Origin: an uncultured Gammaproteobacteria bacterium
Lineage (GTDB): Bacteria > Patescibacteriota > Microgenomatia > Levybacterales > UBA12049
Assembly: GCA_964562445.1 (NCBI GenBank)
Contig: CAZLSZ010000003.1
Location: 693-64,692 of the forward strand
Reading direction: 5' to 3'
DNA: 64,000 bases
In this document: one piece after another, positions 36,340 through 46,082 of the stretch
Position numbering within the stretch: the first letter of the stretch is position 1
Layout of the letters: each line of letters starts with the position of its first letter
The notes under the pieces: generated by a model
What the model was told of the DNA's origin: nothing
Databases searched by the model: none
What the model saw: only the letters and a program-made list of their open reading frames with translations
Program-made: the position numbers and the translations under genes

Positions 36340-36639
36340 CTATTTTAAGCCCATGAGCATTTCTCGGAGAGATTTGGGAGCATTTTCTTTTCGGCGTTTT
36401 TCTTCGATCTTGACGGAAACTTTCTGTTTGAAATCTGACGCTTTTTGCTGTTTTGTCTGGAATTTTTGGATTCTTGAAGCAGAGTCGACAAATCGTTGTT
36501 CACCGGTATAAAACGGATGACATTTGTGACACAATTCTACATGAATCGTTTCTTGTGTCGAACCGACGGTAAATTTGTTTCCGCAGACACAGACGACATT
36601 TGCTTTTTCAAAAAAATTCGGATGAATAGCTGATTTCAT
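36340..36639 (-). CDS. rpmE: 50S ribosomal protein L31 (zinc-binding type, with C-terminal basic extension)
   Basis: MKSAIHPNF...VVCVCGNKF...CHKCHPFYTG (CxxC...CxxC zinc ribbon). Confidence 0.85.
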   Translation of the reverse strand: MKSAIHPNFFEKANVVCVCGNKFTVGSTQETIHVELCHKCHPFYTGEQRFVDSASRIQKFQTKQQKASDFKQKVSVKIEEKRRKENAPKSLREMLMGLK

Positions 36640-36684
36640 TGATTTATTATACCGTAATTACCCATGAATGACAAGAGTCTGAGC

Positions 36685-37608
36685 TTACTTATGTTTTTCC
36701 TGTCGTGATTTGAGGTTGTTGCCGGGATGGAAATGCAGTTTCGCCTCCGCGATGATGATACCGGCAAAAACAAATAATGCCCCCAAAAGATAACTGACCG
36801 TTATTTGTTCGCCGAGAAGCGGAATCGCGATCAAGGCAGTGATAAATGGCTCAGTAAAAACAAATATACCGATTTCATTTGCCTTGATATATTTCACAGC
36901 GTAATTATAAAAGAAAAATCCCAACAATGATGAGAAGACTGCTCCGTATATGATCCCGATAATCCCTTTGGTATCGATGTGGAAATACGGTGTTGTCTGC
37001 ATCTCTACCAGATACAGCGGAAAAATCGCGAGGGTGCTGAAAAGGAACATCCAGAAGAGAAGGGTAGTAAGCGGATATTTGAGGTTATATTTTTTCAATA
37101 AAAGAGTATAGATCACAAATGTGATCACTCCCAGTACATGATACAGATTTCCTAGAATTGACTCGAATGAGCCGTGATCAACTAATGGCCGCAAGATTAT
37201 TATTAATACGCCGATAAAACTTATGAGAGTCCCTATAAGAACTTTCTTTTTTGGTTTTTCATGCAGAAAGAAGATTGCTCCAAAAATGAGAAAGAGTGGG
37301 GTGCTGGATGTAATAATAGGTACATTGATACTCGGAGCGAGTGACAAACCAAGGTAAAAAAATATAATATGTGCCGCGATGCCGACGAGTGCGAGTACTA
37401 GTATTTTAAATACGTCATCAAGGGCAATCCGTATCGATTTGATGACGATCGGAAAGAGGATGATTGTAGCGAAAAAGAAGCGGAAAAAAGCAAGAGCAAA
37501 TGGCGGCGCATCGCCGATTGACCATTTTAAGATAGGGGACGCTGCACTCCAGATGATTGTATTTAAGATAATAGCGATAAGCGCGAGTCTATACTTTGTG
37601 AATTTCAT
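36685..37608 (-). CDS. DMT-superfamily (EamA-like) transporter
   Basis: Ten TM helices and a duplicated EamA-domain architecture. Confidence 0.6.
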   Translation of the reverse strand: MKFTKYRLALIAIILNTIIWSAASPILKWSIGDAPPFALAFFRFFFATIILFPIVIKSIRIALDDVFKILVLALVGIAAHIIFFYLGLSLAPSINVPIITSSTPLFLIFGAIFFLHEKPKKKVLIGTLISFIGVLIIILRPLVDHGSFESILGNLYHVLGVITFVIYTLLLKKYNLKYPLTTLLFWMFLFSTLAIFPLYLVEMQTTPYFHIDTKGIIGIIYGAVFSSLLGFFFYNYAVKYIKANEIGIFVFTEPFITALIAIPLLGEQITVSYLLGALFVFAGIIIAEAKLHFHPGNNLKSRQEKHK

Positions 37609-37609
37609 A

Positions 37610-38536
37610 CTAACTATATTTTATACTATGAAAGGGGTGGAATTTAATCTTCATTTGTACGATTGAAATGCCCAAAAAGATAAAGAAGCCTCCCAGCAGA
37701 TAGAGAGGTGTTATCGACTCACCCAAGAGTGGAATTGCCACAACTATTGCCGAAAATGGAGCAACGTAGGCAAATATTCCTGTTTCGTTTACTTTTAATT
37801 TATTGACGCCAAGTGCAAACAATGTAAAAGCAACAGCTGAGGAAAAGATGATGGTAAAGAGCAGACCGGAAGCTCCCGCGAAGGTAATATTCGGCAGAAA
37901 TCCGTATTGGTACGTAGAAAAGAGCGCGAGCGGCATAAGAAAAAGTGCTGATAGAATGCTTGACCAGAAATTGAGTGAGAAGAGGGAGTATCTCGTAATC
38001 ATTTTTTTCAATAAAAATGTATGGATAACCCCGCTGAGTGTCGATAAGAGCAAATATACATTTCCCAAGAGAAATCCTTTTGTTTGCTCGATAGGAGTGG
38101 GTTGGAAGACAATGATCAATACGCCCAGCAAACTTACAAATGTGCCGATGAGAGTTTTTCGACGGAGTTTTTCATGAAATAATATACTTGCGAAAATGAG
38201 AAGAAAGACCGGGCCTGACGCGCCGATAATAGGAGCATTGATGCTTGAGGTATACGGTAATCCTAACAGTAACAACATAATGGTCAATGCTCCTCCCGAA
38301 AGTGAAGTCGCGAGGAGCATACCGTAATCTTTTCTTTGTATGGATAGTTTGTTTGCAGCGAGGGGAAGAAAGAGAAAAGAGGCCACAAAAAAACGAAGAA
38401 AAAGGAAAACAAACGGATCTATACTCTCCAGAGATAATTTTATAATCGGCGATGTCGCTCCCCAGATAATATTTGCAAGTATGAGATAGAGGATCGCTTG
38501 CTTTTTTTTAATATGAGTAGTGGGCAGAAATGTCAT
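37610..38536 (-). CDS. DMT-superfamily (EamA-like) transporter, tandem paralog
   Basis: Ten TM helices. Adjacent paralog of 36685..37608, separated by a 1-nt gap. Confidence 0.6.
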   Translation of the reverse strand: MTFLPTTHIKKKQAILYLILANIIWGATSPIIKLSLESIDPFVFLFLRFFVASFLFLPLAANKLSIQRKDYGMLLATSLSGGALTIMLLLLGLPYTSSINAPIIGASGPVFLLIFASILFHEKLRRKTLIGTFVSLLGVLIIVFQPTPIEQTKGFLLGNVYLLLSTLSGVIHTFLLKKMITRYSLFSLNFWSSILSALFLMPLALFSTYQYGFLPNITFAGASGLLFTIIFSSAVAFTLFALGVNKLKVNETGIFAYVAPFSAIVVAIPLLGESITPLYLLGGFFIFLGISIVQMKIKFHPFHSIKYS

Positions 38537-38551
38537 ACTGAGTGAGTTATT

Positions 38552-39772
38552 TTATGTTAGTTGTTTTATCACGTCTCTGAGTGATAGTTGCTGCTGCTCT
38601 CGTGTGCTCATGTTTTTAAGTAATACATGATTATTTTTTACCTCTTCAGGTCCCGCGATCAATACGTAGGGAATATGTTTCTGGTCAGCATATTTTAATT
38701 GTTTTTCTATTTTTGTGGCAGCATCGATCCATATATCAGTTCTGATCGATGCTGCACGGAGTGCTTTTGCAATCTCTATAGCATTCTCTGCATATTCCGG
38801 TGAAAAGATTGTGACGAGAACGGATGCAGTCGCGTTAAGGTGATCCGGAAAAAGATTATTTTCCGTCATTGCTTCGATGATCCTATCAAATCCGAAGGCA
38901 AATCCTACCGCCGGAATCGCTGTTTTGGTAAAAAGTCCGAGCAGGTTATCATATCTGCCGCCACCGCAGACAGAGCCTACAGGATACGCGGAAATTTCGA
39001 TTTCAAAAATAAGCCCTGTGTAGTAATCCAATCCTCTCGCGAGTGTCGGTTCAAATTGGATTGCTGATTCATTGATACCAAGAAGGACAGCCTGTTGAAT
39101 AATTTTCTGCAGTGATTCGGGCATGTGAGCATTTTTTATTTTCTCAAAGTCCTCCTGTGTATATCCTTTCTCTTTCAGTTCTTTCAGTACATTTTCTTCA
39201 CCGATTTTTTTGCGTTTGTCGATGATGATAATTGCCTCGATAGGCAGATCTCCGAAGATTTTTCTATCATTGATCAGAATTTTATAATCGTTAAAACCAA
39301 GTACCTCTACTGATTTTGCCACAACGGCGAGTATCTCGCTGTCTGCCATCCCTTCCTGCATGCCGACAATATCTGCATCACATTGGAGAAATTCCCTGTA
39401 GCGGCCTTTTTGGGGTTTATCCGCTCGCCAGACATTCTGTATCTGGTAGCGTTTGAAGGGGAGGGAAAGGGCATGATCATTGTTGTCAGTTTGGTTTTGG
39501 TATTGGGCAACGACTCTGGCGAGCGGGACTGTCTGATCATAGCGCATCGCGACGCGACGTTTACCGTTATCTTCAAAACGATACATGAGCTTTTCTCCTT
39601 CTTCTCCGTATTTCCCTGAAAGAATCTCTTCGTACTCCAGTGTCGGAGTTTCTAAGGGTTCAAATCCGAATGTTTCAAAAACAGTTTTTAGTTTGTTGAT
39701 GACGAATTGTCTTTTACGGGCTTCTGAAGGGAGAAAATCCCGAAATCCTTTAAGTGTTTGAGGCGTAATCAT
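38552..39772 (-). CDS. hisS: Histidine--tRNA ligase
   Basis: GFRDFLP N-terminal motif, class II aaRS motif 2 (FRYEDNGKRRVAMRYDQT-like region) and motif 3 (GGGRYDNL), C-terminal anticodon-binding domain. Confidence 0.9.
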   Translation of the reverse strand: MITPQTLKGFRDFLPSEARKRQFVINKLKTVFETFGFEPLETPTLEYEEILSGKYGEEGEKLMYRFEDNGKRRVAMRYDQTVPLARVVAQYQNQTDNNDHALSLPFKRYQIQNVWRADKPQKGRYREFLQCDADIVGMQEGMADSEILAVVAKSVEVLGFNDYKILINDRKIFGDLPIEAIIIIDKRKKIGEENVLKELKEKGYTQEDFEKIKNAHMPESLQKIIQQAVLLGINESAIQFEPTLARGLDYYTGLIFEIEISAYPVGSVCGGGRYDNLLGLFTKTAIPAVGFAFGFDRIIEAMTENNLFPDHLNATASVLVTIFSPEYAENAIEIAKALRAASIRTDIWIDAATKIEKQLKYADQKHIPYVLIAGPEEVKNNHVLLKNMSTREQQQLSLRDVIKQLT

Positions 39773-39789
39773 AGTCTAATTTTATCATA

Positions 39790-41241
39790 TTAGGTGATAA
39801 TTGGGGAGGGAGGTGTTTTCTTTTTTTCATCCTTTTTTTCTTTTCCGGTGGCACTCTCGAATGCGCTTTTTGCCATAACACCGAGTGTTTTGATAAGTTC
39901 CAGAAGAGCTTTAAGCAGTTTAATAACCCAACCATCTTTTTTCTCCTGATCCTTGAGTGCTGCTGTCGGATTCTTCGCCAACTCTGCTTTGAGCTGTTTC
40001 AGATTTTGTTCCATATTATTAATAATGCCTTCCACCGATCCTTTTGCGTATGTTTCAGGATTCATCCCTAACTTTTCGGCTGTTGCCATTGCTTCCGGAC
40101 CGATGAATTGTTTTGTCATTTCTGTCATGGTATTCATGTTATCTTTATTTTCTCCGGCCATGTCAAGGAAATTTTGGACTTCCGGTTTACTCAGGTCCAA
40201 ATTAGGGTTTACTTTGAGCATTTCCTGTACCAATTTATCTCTTCCCAAACGAAGCTCGGCTGCTTCCTGTTCTGGAGTTTTTTCTTCATCTTTATTTTCG
40301 CCTGCATCTTCTGTGTTTTCATCATTTTGTTCTTGCTGTTCATTTGTCTCTTGTGATTGTTCGTTGTCTTGTTGATTCTGCTCTGAAGTTGTGTCAACAT
40401 TTGCCGTATCAGTAGTTTCGGTTGTCTGGGCTGGAGATGTTTGTTCGGGGGAAGTAGGAGTTACTTGCTGTCCGTTCGCGCGTTCTTCTGCTGTCGGTTC
40501 ATGAAATTTCGCGCCTGCGACAAATTCATTTTTCATCTGATCTGCCGTAGCAGTATCCTGCGTCATATCAGTCGGTTTTTCAATCTGTGGTTCAGTGCTA
40601 TCAGGCTGCGACGATACTGCATTCTCTTGTGTTTGTTGATTTTGTTGTTTCAGGAAATCTTCAGCCTCTGCAGAAACCTGTTTTTCCTGATCTCTGAGAG
40701 CTTGTTTTGCCAGGACATTTCCTTCTGCGGCGGCTTTTTGCAGATCTTCGGGGGATTGTGCTCTTGCTGCATTGAGTCTGTCCCGCATGCCAGCAGCAGT
40801 AGCATCATACGGGTTACTTGTGTCTTCAGTTGTTTGATTCGGGTTCATCCCTTTGAGAAAGTCCGCTGCATCCTGATCTCCCTCTGCGGCAAGTTTTGCG
40901 AGTTCATCCGGAGTCTTATCCATCAATTCATCCCGTTTTGCCTGATCAGTATCAATTGGGTTTGAGGAAGCATCAGTATTGTTGTCCTCATCATTTGCGA
41001 AGTCCCGAAGTGCTTTATCCGGGTCACCGCCATCTGCAAGTTCTTGTTCCCATTTATCGAAATCAACATTCTCCAGTTCTGAAGAAGGTGCATTGTCTCC
41101 GGAGCCTGTTTCAATAGCTGCTCCCTCCGGACTTGTCGTGTTTGTCAAAGGACTTTCAACCGATGGTGACAAATCACTGCTTCCGCTGCTTAGAGATTCA
41201 GTTGATGGTGGAGGAGCTCCTCCACCTTCAGGTCCTGACAT
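39790..41241 (-). CDS. Hypothetical highly acidic, low-complexity (D/E/Q/T/N-rich) protein
   Basis: 483 aa, predicted disordered. No TM helix or signal peptide recognised. The C-terminal ~120 aa is less biased. Confidence 0.4.
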   Translation of the reverse strand: MSGPEGGGAPPPSTESLSSGSSDLSPSVESPLTNTTSPEGAAIETGSGDNAPSSELENVDFDKWEQELADGGDPDKALRDFANDEDNNTDASSNPIDTDQAKRDELMDKTPDELAKLAAEGDQDAADFLKGMNPNQTTEDTSNPYDATAAGMRDRLNAARAQSPEDLQKAAAEGNVLAKQALRDQEKQVSAEAEDFLKQQNQQTQENAVSSQPDSTEPQIEKPTDMTQDTATADQMKNEFVAGAKFHEPTAEERANGQQVTPTSPEQTSPAQTTETTDTANVDTTSEQNQQDNEQSQETNEQQEQNDENTEDAGENKDEEKTPEQEAAELRLGRDKLVQEMLKVNPNLDLSKPEVQNFLDMAGENKDNMNTMTEMTKQFIGPEAMATAEKLGMNPETYAKGSVEGIINNMEQNLKQLKAELAKNPTAALKDQEKKDGWVIKLLKALLELIKTLGVMAKSAFESATGKEKKDEKKKTPPSPIIT

Positions 41242-41675
41242 TAGATAGTTCCTCCTTTCGCTACAGTGATTGCATGCTCGATATTGCCGTTTTGGATATG
41301 CTGACTCATCATTTCAAGTTTTTTTAATCTATTTTCTTCTTCATGCGGCTTGGCAACTTTTATATATGCTTGCTTTGCCTCCACATGTTTCTGACTAAAA
41401 GTAAGAAGTTTAGTCAGTAAATCTTCTTTATCCCGCATAGGAAGGAGTGCTAGGAATTCTTGCGCTAATTTGCGTCCTTCGTCTTTGGTTAATCGCTGCT
41501 CTTTAATGTTTTTTATAATAGCGAGGAGGAGATCTTTCTCCACATCACTCACCATAGCCTGCACCGATTGATCCTGCATATATATATATATACTATAACC
41601 GAGATTTGGGAAGAGATGCAAGTATGATTTTATTGTATAAGGTTGTAACACTGGGTAGTCAAAGCTATTCAACAC
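41241..41675 (-). CDS. Hypothetical protein
   Basis: 144-aa ORF with no family recognised. Confidence 0.3.
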   Translation of the reverse strand: MLNSFDYPVLQPYTIKSYLHLFPNLGYSIYIYMQDQSVQAMVSDVEKDLLLAIIKNIKEQRLTKDEGRKLAQEFLALLPMRDKEDLLTKLLTFSQKHVEAKQAYIKVAKPHEEENRLKKLEMMSQHIQNGNIEHAITVAKGGTI

Positions 41676-41684
41676 CCGGTGTTA

Positions 41685-42776
41685 TTATTTTAAGACGAGT
41701 AATTCATTGTCGGAGTGAGTGAGCCGGATAAGTTTGTTATTTTGTATGGCGAAATCGTCTTCAATTCTGATGCCGATTTCGCCTACTACATGTATCCCCG
41801 GTTCGAGTGTGAATACCATATCATTTGTCATCACATCATTATAACGGGCATTTAAGAGAGGACGTTCATGTACTTGGAGTCCTATCCCGTGGCCGAGGGA
41901 ATACGGAAATGCCGGATAATCTTTTTCAATAATGAAATTTCTTGCTATGGTATCTAATTCTGAGGAAATAATTGGGAGATTTCCCGCGAGTTTTAGCATG
42001 ATTTCTTTTTGCACATAACGCTGGGTATCAAGAACGATAGAATATATTTCTTTCCATTTATCAGAAACATTTCCTATGAAAAATGTTCGAGTGACATCTG
42101 CTACATAATTATCAACCTTTGCCCCAAAATCAAGTAAAATTACATCATCTTTTTTGAGTTTTGTATTGCCTGCCAGATGATGGGGGATTGATGAATTTTT
42201 GCCGAAAGCAACTATTGGACGAAATGCTGATTCTGCTTTTTCTTGTATCATAAATGTGTTGAGTTGACTCGCAATTTCTTTCTCTGTGATACCGGGTTTT
42301 ATTTTTTTCAGGATGAAACTAAACGCTTTATCAGTCAGATTGCATGCATTTTTTATATTTTGTATTTCTTTGGGTTGTTTGTGTAATCGTAGTGTATGAA
42401 AATCAGTCGGAATCATTTCAAGAGAGAGAGCATTTATCATCAGGTACTCAGTAACCGAAAGATTATCCTCTTCAAAACCGAGCTTTTTTATATTGTGTTT
42501 TTTGCAAAGTGTTTCGAGTTGTATTGATAAAGGTGTATCTCTGTTTATATTTATGAGAGAGAGGTGTGGAACTGCAGTAGGCATTGCTTCTGAATATAAC
42601 ACGCTGGTAAAAATGTATGCTGCTTTTTTGGAAATAAGCACATACGCATCCCGTTCATCAGGACAAAATCCGGAATAATCCGTGGCATATAGAATATTCG
42701 GATAAGAAGATATAAGGACAGCATCAAGGGATTGTTCTCGGAGAATTGTGCGTGCGGTTTCCAAGCGGCTCTGCAT
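41685..42776 (-). CDS. pepP: M24-family Xaa-Pro aminopeptidase / prolidase
   Basis: Creatinase-like N-terminal domain plus pita-bread domain with the HGIGLQVHERP metal-binding block. Confidence 0.75.
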   Translation of the reverse strand: MQSRLETARTILREQSLDAVLISSYPNILYATDYSGFCPDERDAYVLISKKAAYIFTSVLYSEAMPTAVPHLSLININRDTPLSIQLETLCKKHNIKKLGFEEDNLSVTEYLMINALSLEMIPTDFHTLRLHKQPKEIQNIKNACNLTDKAFSFILKKIKPGITEKEIASQLNTFMIQEKAESAFRPIVAFGKNSSIPHHLAGNTKLKKDDVILLDFGAKVDNYVADVTRTFFIGNVSDKWKEIYSIVLDTQRYVQKEIMLKLAGNLPIISSELDTIARNFIIEKDYPAFPYSLGHGIGLQVHERPLLNARYNDVMTNDMVFTLEPGIHVVGEIGIRIEDDFAIQNNKLIRLTHSDNELLVLK

Positions 42777-42781
42777 GATTA

Positions 42782-43573
42782 TTATCGGACAGGATTGATT
42801 CTTCTATTTCCTGCTGCGGTTGGGAGAACTGTCGGTGTAACTTCTACCGAGGAAGCGGTGGGCGTCACATTGGTAACGGTTGTATCTTTGGGAAGCTCGA
42901 GATAGTCTATAATTCTTGTCGCTACAAGCATTTTAGGATCAGCTTTGTCAGGATTTCCTACCACCAATACTTTGTCTCCGATGGCTAATTTGGCGAATGT
43001 ATATCTGGTGAGATCCGCAGCAGTATATGATGTGATTTTGGTTGTAACAGTATTAATATCAACGAGCATAGTTGTTTTATCCTGCATCTGTATGGTTATC
43101 TGATAATTTTTGGGATCAAGTGCAGTAATAGAACCGAAGTAGTATTGTGGGCTTGTATACGTGTTGATGAATCGCGCGAGCATACGTTTGGACTGTTTAT
43201 TGTAATTGCCCAGAATACTTACTTTCGTTCCTTTTGTGAGGTCTGAAAGACCGAATGTTTTATTTGCCAATGAAGAGAATTTGGTTAGTTCATCAACATC
43301 GACAAATCTGGTATCGCCTTTGGAATCGGTAAGTGTCACTTGATTTCCTTTTACTTCTTCCACAGTGCCAATCATTCCCCGTTTTTCTACCAAATTTAAT
43401 TCGGAAACACGTGATGCAATTTTTTCTTTCAGTTGATTAATCTGTTTATCCAGTTTTTCTTTTACCTCTTCACTCGCGCCTGTTTGCGGAGTAGGTGTGG
43501 TAACAGCAAACGACTGGTGGACAGATATTTGTGTAATCAAAATTAAGCTGATAATAAAAAATATTTTTTTCAT
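42782..43573 (-). CDS. Hypothetical secreted protein
   Basis: N-terminal signal peptide (MKKIFFIISLILITQISVHQSFA), coiled-coil segment, beta-rich C-terminus. Confidence 0.4.
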   Translation of the reverse strand: MKKIFFIISLILITQISVHQSFAVTTPTPQTGASEEVKEKLDKQINQLKEKIASRVSELNLVEKRGMIGTVEEVKGNQVTLTDSKGDTRFVDVDELTKFSSLANKTFGLSDLTKGTKVSILGNYNKQSKRMLARFINTYTSPQYYFGSITALDPKNYQITIQMQDKTTMLVDINTVTTKITSYTAADLTRYTFAKLAIGDKVLVVGNPDKADPKMLVATRIIDYLELPKDTTVTNVTPTASSVEVTPTVLPTAAGNRRINPVR

Positions 43574-43577
43574 GTTA

Positions 43578-44012
43578 TTAAAAACTTTCCGTCGAATAGG
43601 TAACGGTTCTTGTCACTTTTTTTTCCGCGCCATCAGGAAATAATGCATGGAATTGTAATTGTGTCGTCCCGTCAGGTATTGTCTGAGTCAGTGTAAATTC
43701 CCCGTTATCTGCAGGTTTTACAACTTGGTCACTATCTTCAGTTGAGACAGTAACAATTGCGCCTTTTACTGTTTTTCCTGAAATGGTAATAAGCTTTTTG
43801 GTGACAACTTCTTCCTCTTTGGGTGACTCAATTGTAAGGATATTGGTATCGATCGGTGTTGGAGATGGCTGCAATGGTGCTTGGGATATCGTAGGAGGAT
43901 TTTGCGCGATTTTTGGCGATTTTGTTGATTGGTAATAATAAAACGCTACACCCGCGGCAATTAAACCGAAGAGGACAGCGACAAATGATAATATAATTTT
44001 TTCTGCTTTCAT
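43578..44012 (-). CDS. Hypothetical membrane-anchored protein with a beta-rich (Ig-like?) ectodomain
   Basis: Start placed at MKAEKIILSFVAVLFGLIAAG (TM helix). The upstream 97 aa of the listed ORF overlaps a plus-strand ORF and looks non-coding. Confidence 0.35.
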   Translation of the reverse strand: MKAEKIILSFVAVLFGLIAAGVAFYYYQSTKSPKIAQNPPTISQAPLQPSPTPIDTNILTIESPKEEEVVTKKLITISGKTVKGAIVTVSTEDSDQVVKPADNGEFTLTQTIPDGTTQLQFHALFPDGAEKKVTRTVTYSTESF

Positions 44013-44147
44013 GGGGCGGATTGCACAGTAATGATACGCCAAATGGTGCGTATTGTCAAGAAAAACGGAGTTCATTTGTGTAAGATTTTTAGTAAAAATT
44101 TTGTCACTACTTTGCAAAATAAGAGGGAAGTGGTATAGTAGGTAAAT

Positions 44148-44654
44148 ATGGAAATCGCTTGGATGCAAAAATCCGGTCTGAGAATAAAAGGGAAGCATGC
44201 TACCTTTGCCGTCAATCCCGTTGGTGAGCCTAATGCGAATGCCACATTGCTTTTGGATGATTCTATCCATGAATTCGGTGAAGGAGATACCGTGATTTTT
44301 CATGGTCCAGGTGATTACGAGGTGGGTGGGGTAAAAGTAACAGGAATTAAATGTGATAAGGGAAATGCCTACAGTCTCAATATAGATGGTATTTCTGTCG
44401 TCGTGGGGAAGATTACCGCTCTTTCTGCATTACAGAACAAGATGAAAGAACATAATATTATTTTGGTTGCTTGCGATGAGAAAATTGATGCCTCATTTAT
44501 TACATCGCATGCGGAGAACGCGATTGTTTTTTACGGATCACAGGCTGAAGAGACCGCCAAAGAATTTGAAGCGGAGAAGCTTAAAACGATGAATAAATAC
44601 ACGGTCGCGGCAGGAAAATTGTCTCCGGAACTTGAAACAATCCTGCTCAATTAA
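44148..44654 (+). CDS. Hypothetical protein
   Basis: 168-aa ORF directly upstream of dnaB. No family recognised. Confidence 0.3.
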   Translation: MEIAWMQKSGLRIKGKHATFAVNPVGEPNANATLLLDDSIHEFGEGDTVIFHGPGDYEVGGVKVTGIKCDKGNAYSLNIDGISVVVGKITALSALQNKMKEHNIILVACDEKIDASFITSHAENAIVFYGSQAEETAKEFEAEKLKTMNKYTVAAGKLSPELETILLN

Positions 44655-44673
44655 ATAATAACGCAATGTAATA

Positions 44674-45999
44674 ATGGCAATAAAAATTCTTCCTCACAAT
44701 GACGAAGCGGAAAAAAGTGTCTTAGGCGCGATCCTCATCGATAAAAACGCGATCGTGAATGTTTCTGAAATTCTTACCTCAAAAGATTTTTATAGTGATG
44801 TCAACGCGATTATTTTTGACGCGATGATGATGATTTATGAAGAACGCCGCCCAATCGATCTGCTGACACTTACGGAGAAACTCAAAAAAAATAAAGAACT
44901 TAAAAAGATTGATACGGTGTATCTGAATCAGCTCGTTGAGCAGGTACCTACTGCCGCCAATGTCGTCACCTATGCACAGATGGTGAAAGAAGACTCGACA
45001 AAACGTTATCTGATCACTGCAGGAACGGAAATTGTCGAGATGGGATTTGGAGAAAATAGTGAAGTACGGGAGATTTTGGATAAAGCGGAATCTTCAATTT
45101 TCTCGATTTCTCAGGGACAGATGACCCGAGGTTTTTTACCTATTAAAGATACACTGACTGACAGTTTTGACAGAATTGATGAATTGAAAAATCTGGGAGA
45201 AGGTATGCGAGGCGTGCGTACCGGATTTATTGATCTAGACAATATGCTTTCCGGAATGCAGAAAAATAATTTGATTATCCTCGCTGCGCGTCCAGGGCAG
45301 GGGAAAACAGCTTTTATGTTGAATATCGCGCAGAATATCGGAGTGCGGGATAAAAAAGCAGTAGGAATTTTCTCCTTGGAAATGAGTAAAGAGGAACTTG
45401 TTGACCGTTTGCTCGTGGGGCAGGCAGATATTGACGCGTGGAAATTGAAGACAGGGAAATTGTCTGATGATGATTTTTCAAAATTATCCGAAGCCATGGG
45501 GCAGCTCGCCGACGCGCCGATTTATATTGATGACACTCCCGGGTTAAATCTTGTAGAAATGCGAAGTAAAGCAAGACGGTTGCAGATGGAGCATGATTTA
45601 TCATTGTTGATTGTTGACTATTTGCAGTTGATTGATCCGGGAAAGAAATTTGATAATCGTGTGCAGGAAGTTGCTATTATTTCACAGTCGCTCAAAAATC
45701 TCGCGAGGGAATTAAAAATTCCCGTCCTTTCTGCCTCACAGCTTTCCCGTGCGGTCGAGAACAGGGGAGACAAGAAGCCGCAACTCGCTGATCTTCGTGA
45801 ATCGGGTACCATCGAACAGGACGCTGACGTGGTTATGTTTATTTATCGTCCTGAGATGGAAGTGGTGACGCCGATGATTCCAACCAAGCTGCTCATCGCA
45901 AAACACCGCAACGGTCCAACCGGAGAAGTTGATCTGATGTTCCAAGGCAATCGCATTAAGTTCTCAAATGTGGATAGAGTCCGAGAAGAACAAGGGTAG
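44674..45999 (+). CDS. dnaB: Replicative DNA helicase DnaB
   Basis: AEKSVLGAILID N-terminal motif, Walker A (ARPGQGKTAF), Walker B (LLIVDYLQL), and the RecA-like C-terminal domain. Confidence 0.9.
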   Translation: MAIKILPHNDEAEKSVLGAILIDKNAIVNVSEILTSKDFYSDVNAIIFDAMMMIYEERRPIDLLTLTEKLKKNKELKKIDTVYLNQLVEQVPTAANVVTYAQMVKEDSTKRYLITAGTEIVEMGFGENSEVREILDKAESSIFSISQGQMTRGFLPIKDTLTDSFDRIDELKNLGEGMRGVRTGFIDLDNMLSGMQKNNLIILAARPGQGKTAFMLNIAQNIGVRDKKAVGIFSLEMSKEELVDRLLVGQADIDAWKLKTGKLSDDDFSKLSEAMGQLADAPIYIDDTPGLNLVEMRSKARRLQMEHDLSLLIVDYLQLIDPGKKFDNRVQEVAIISQSLKNLARELKIPVLSASQLSRAVENRGDKKPQLADLRESGTIEQDADVVMFIYRPEMEVVTPMIPTKLLIAKHRNGPTGEVDLMFQGNRIKFSNVDRVREEQG

Positions 46000-46002
46000 T
46001 CT

Positions 46003-46056
46003 GTCATTGCGAGGATCCTCGCAATGACATGCAGTGAGTAGCTCCGACAGTGGCAG
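46003..46056 (+). terminator. Putative intrinsic terminator after dnaB: the perfect palindrome GTCATTGCGAGGATCCTCGCAATGAC (a REP-family unit) followed by a T-run
   Basis: 26-nt perfect palindrome 4 nt after the dnaB stop. TTTTTTTG at about 46049..46056. Confidence 0.4.
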
Positions 46057-46082
46057 ATTTTTTTGTTTGCTATAATATAGCT

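Noticed and set aside
40441-41248. Plus-strand ORFs (174, 73 and 89 aa) opposite the acidic low-complexity gene
   Set aside because: They are generated by the repetitive GA/CT-rich composition of 39790..41241. They are Cys/Ser/Phe-rich nonsense with no start context.
44013-44303. N-terminal 97 aa of the listed ORF 43578..44303
   Set aside because: The upstream part overlaps the plus-strand ORF 44148..44654 and reads as non-protein-like. An internal Met followed by a TM helix gives a sensible start at 44012.
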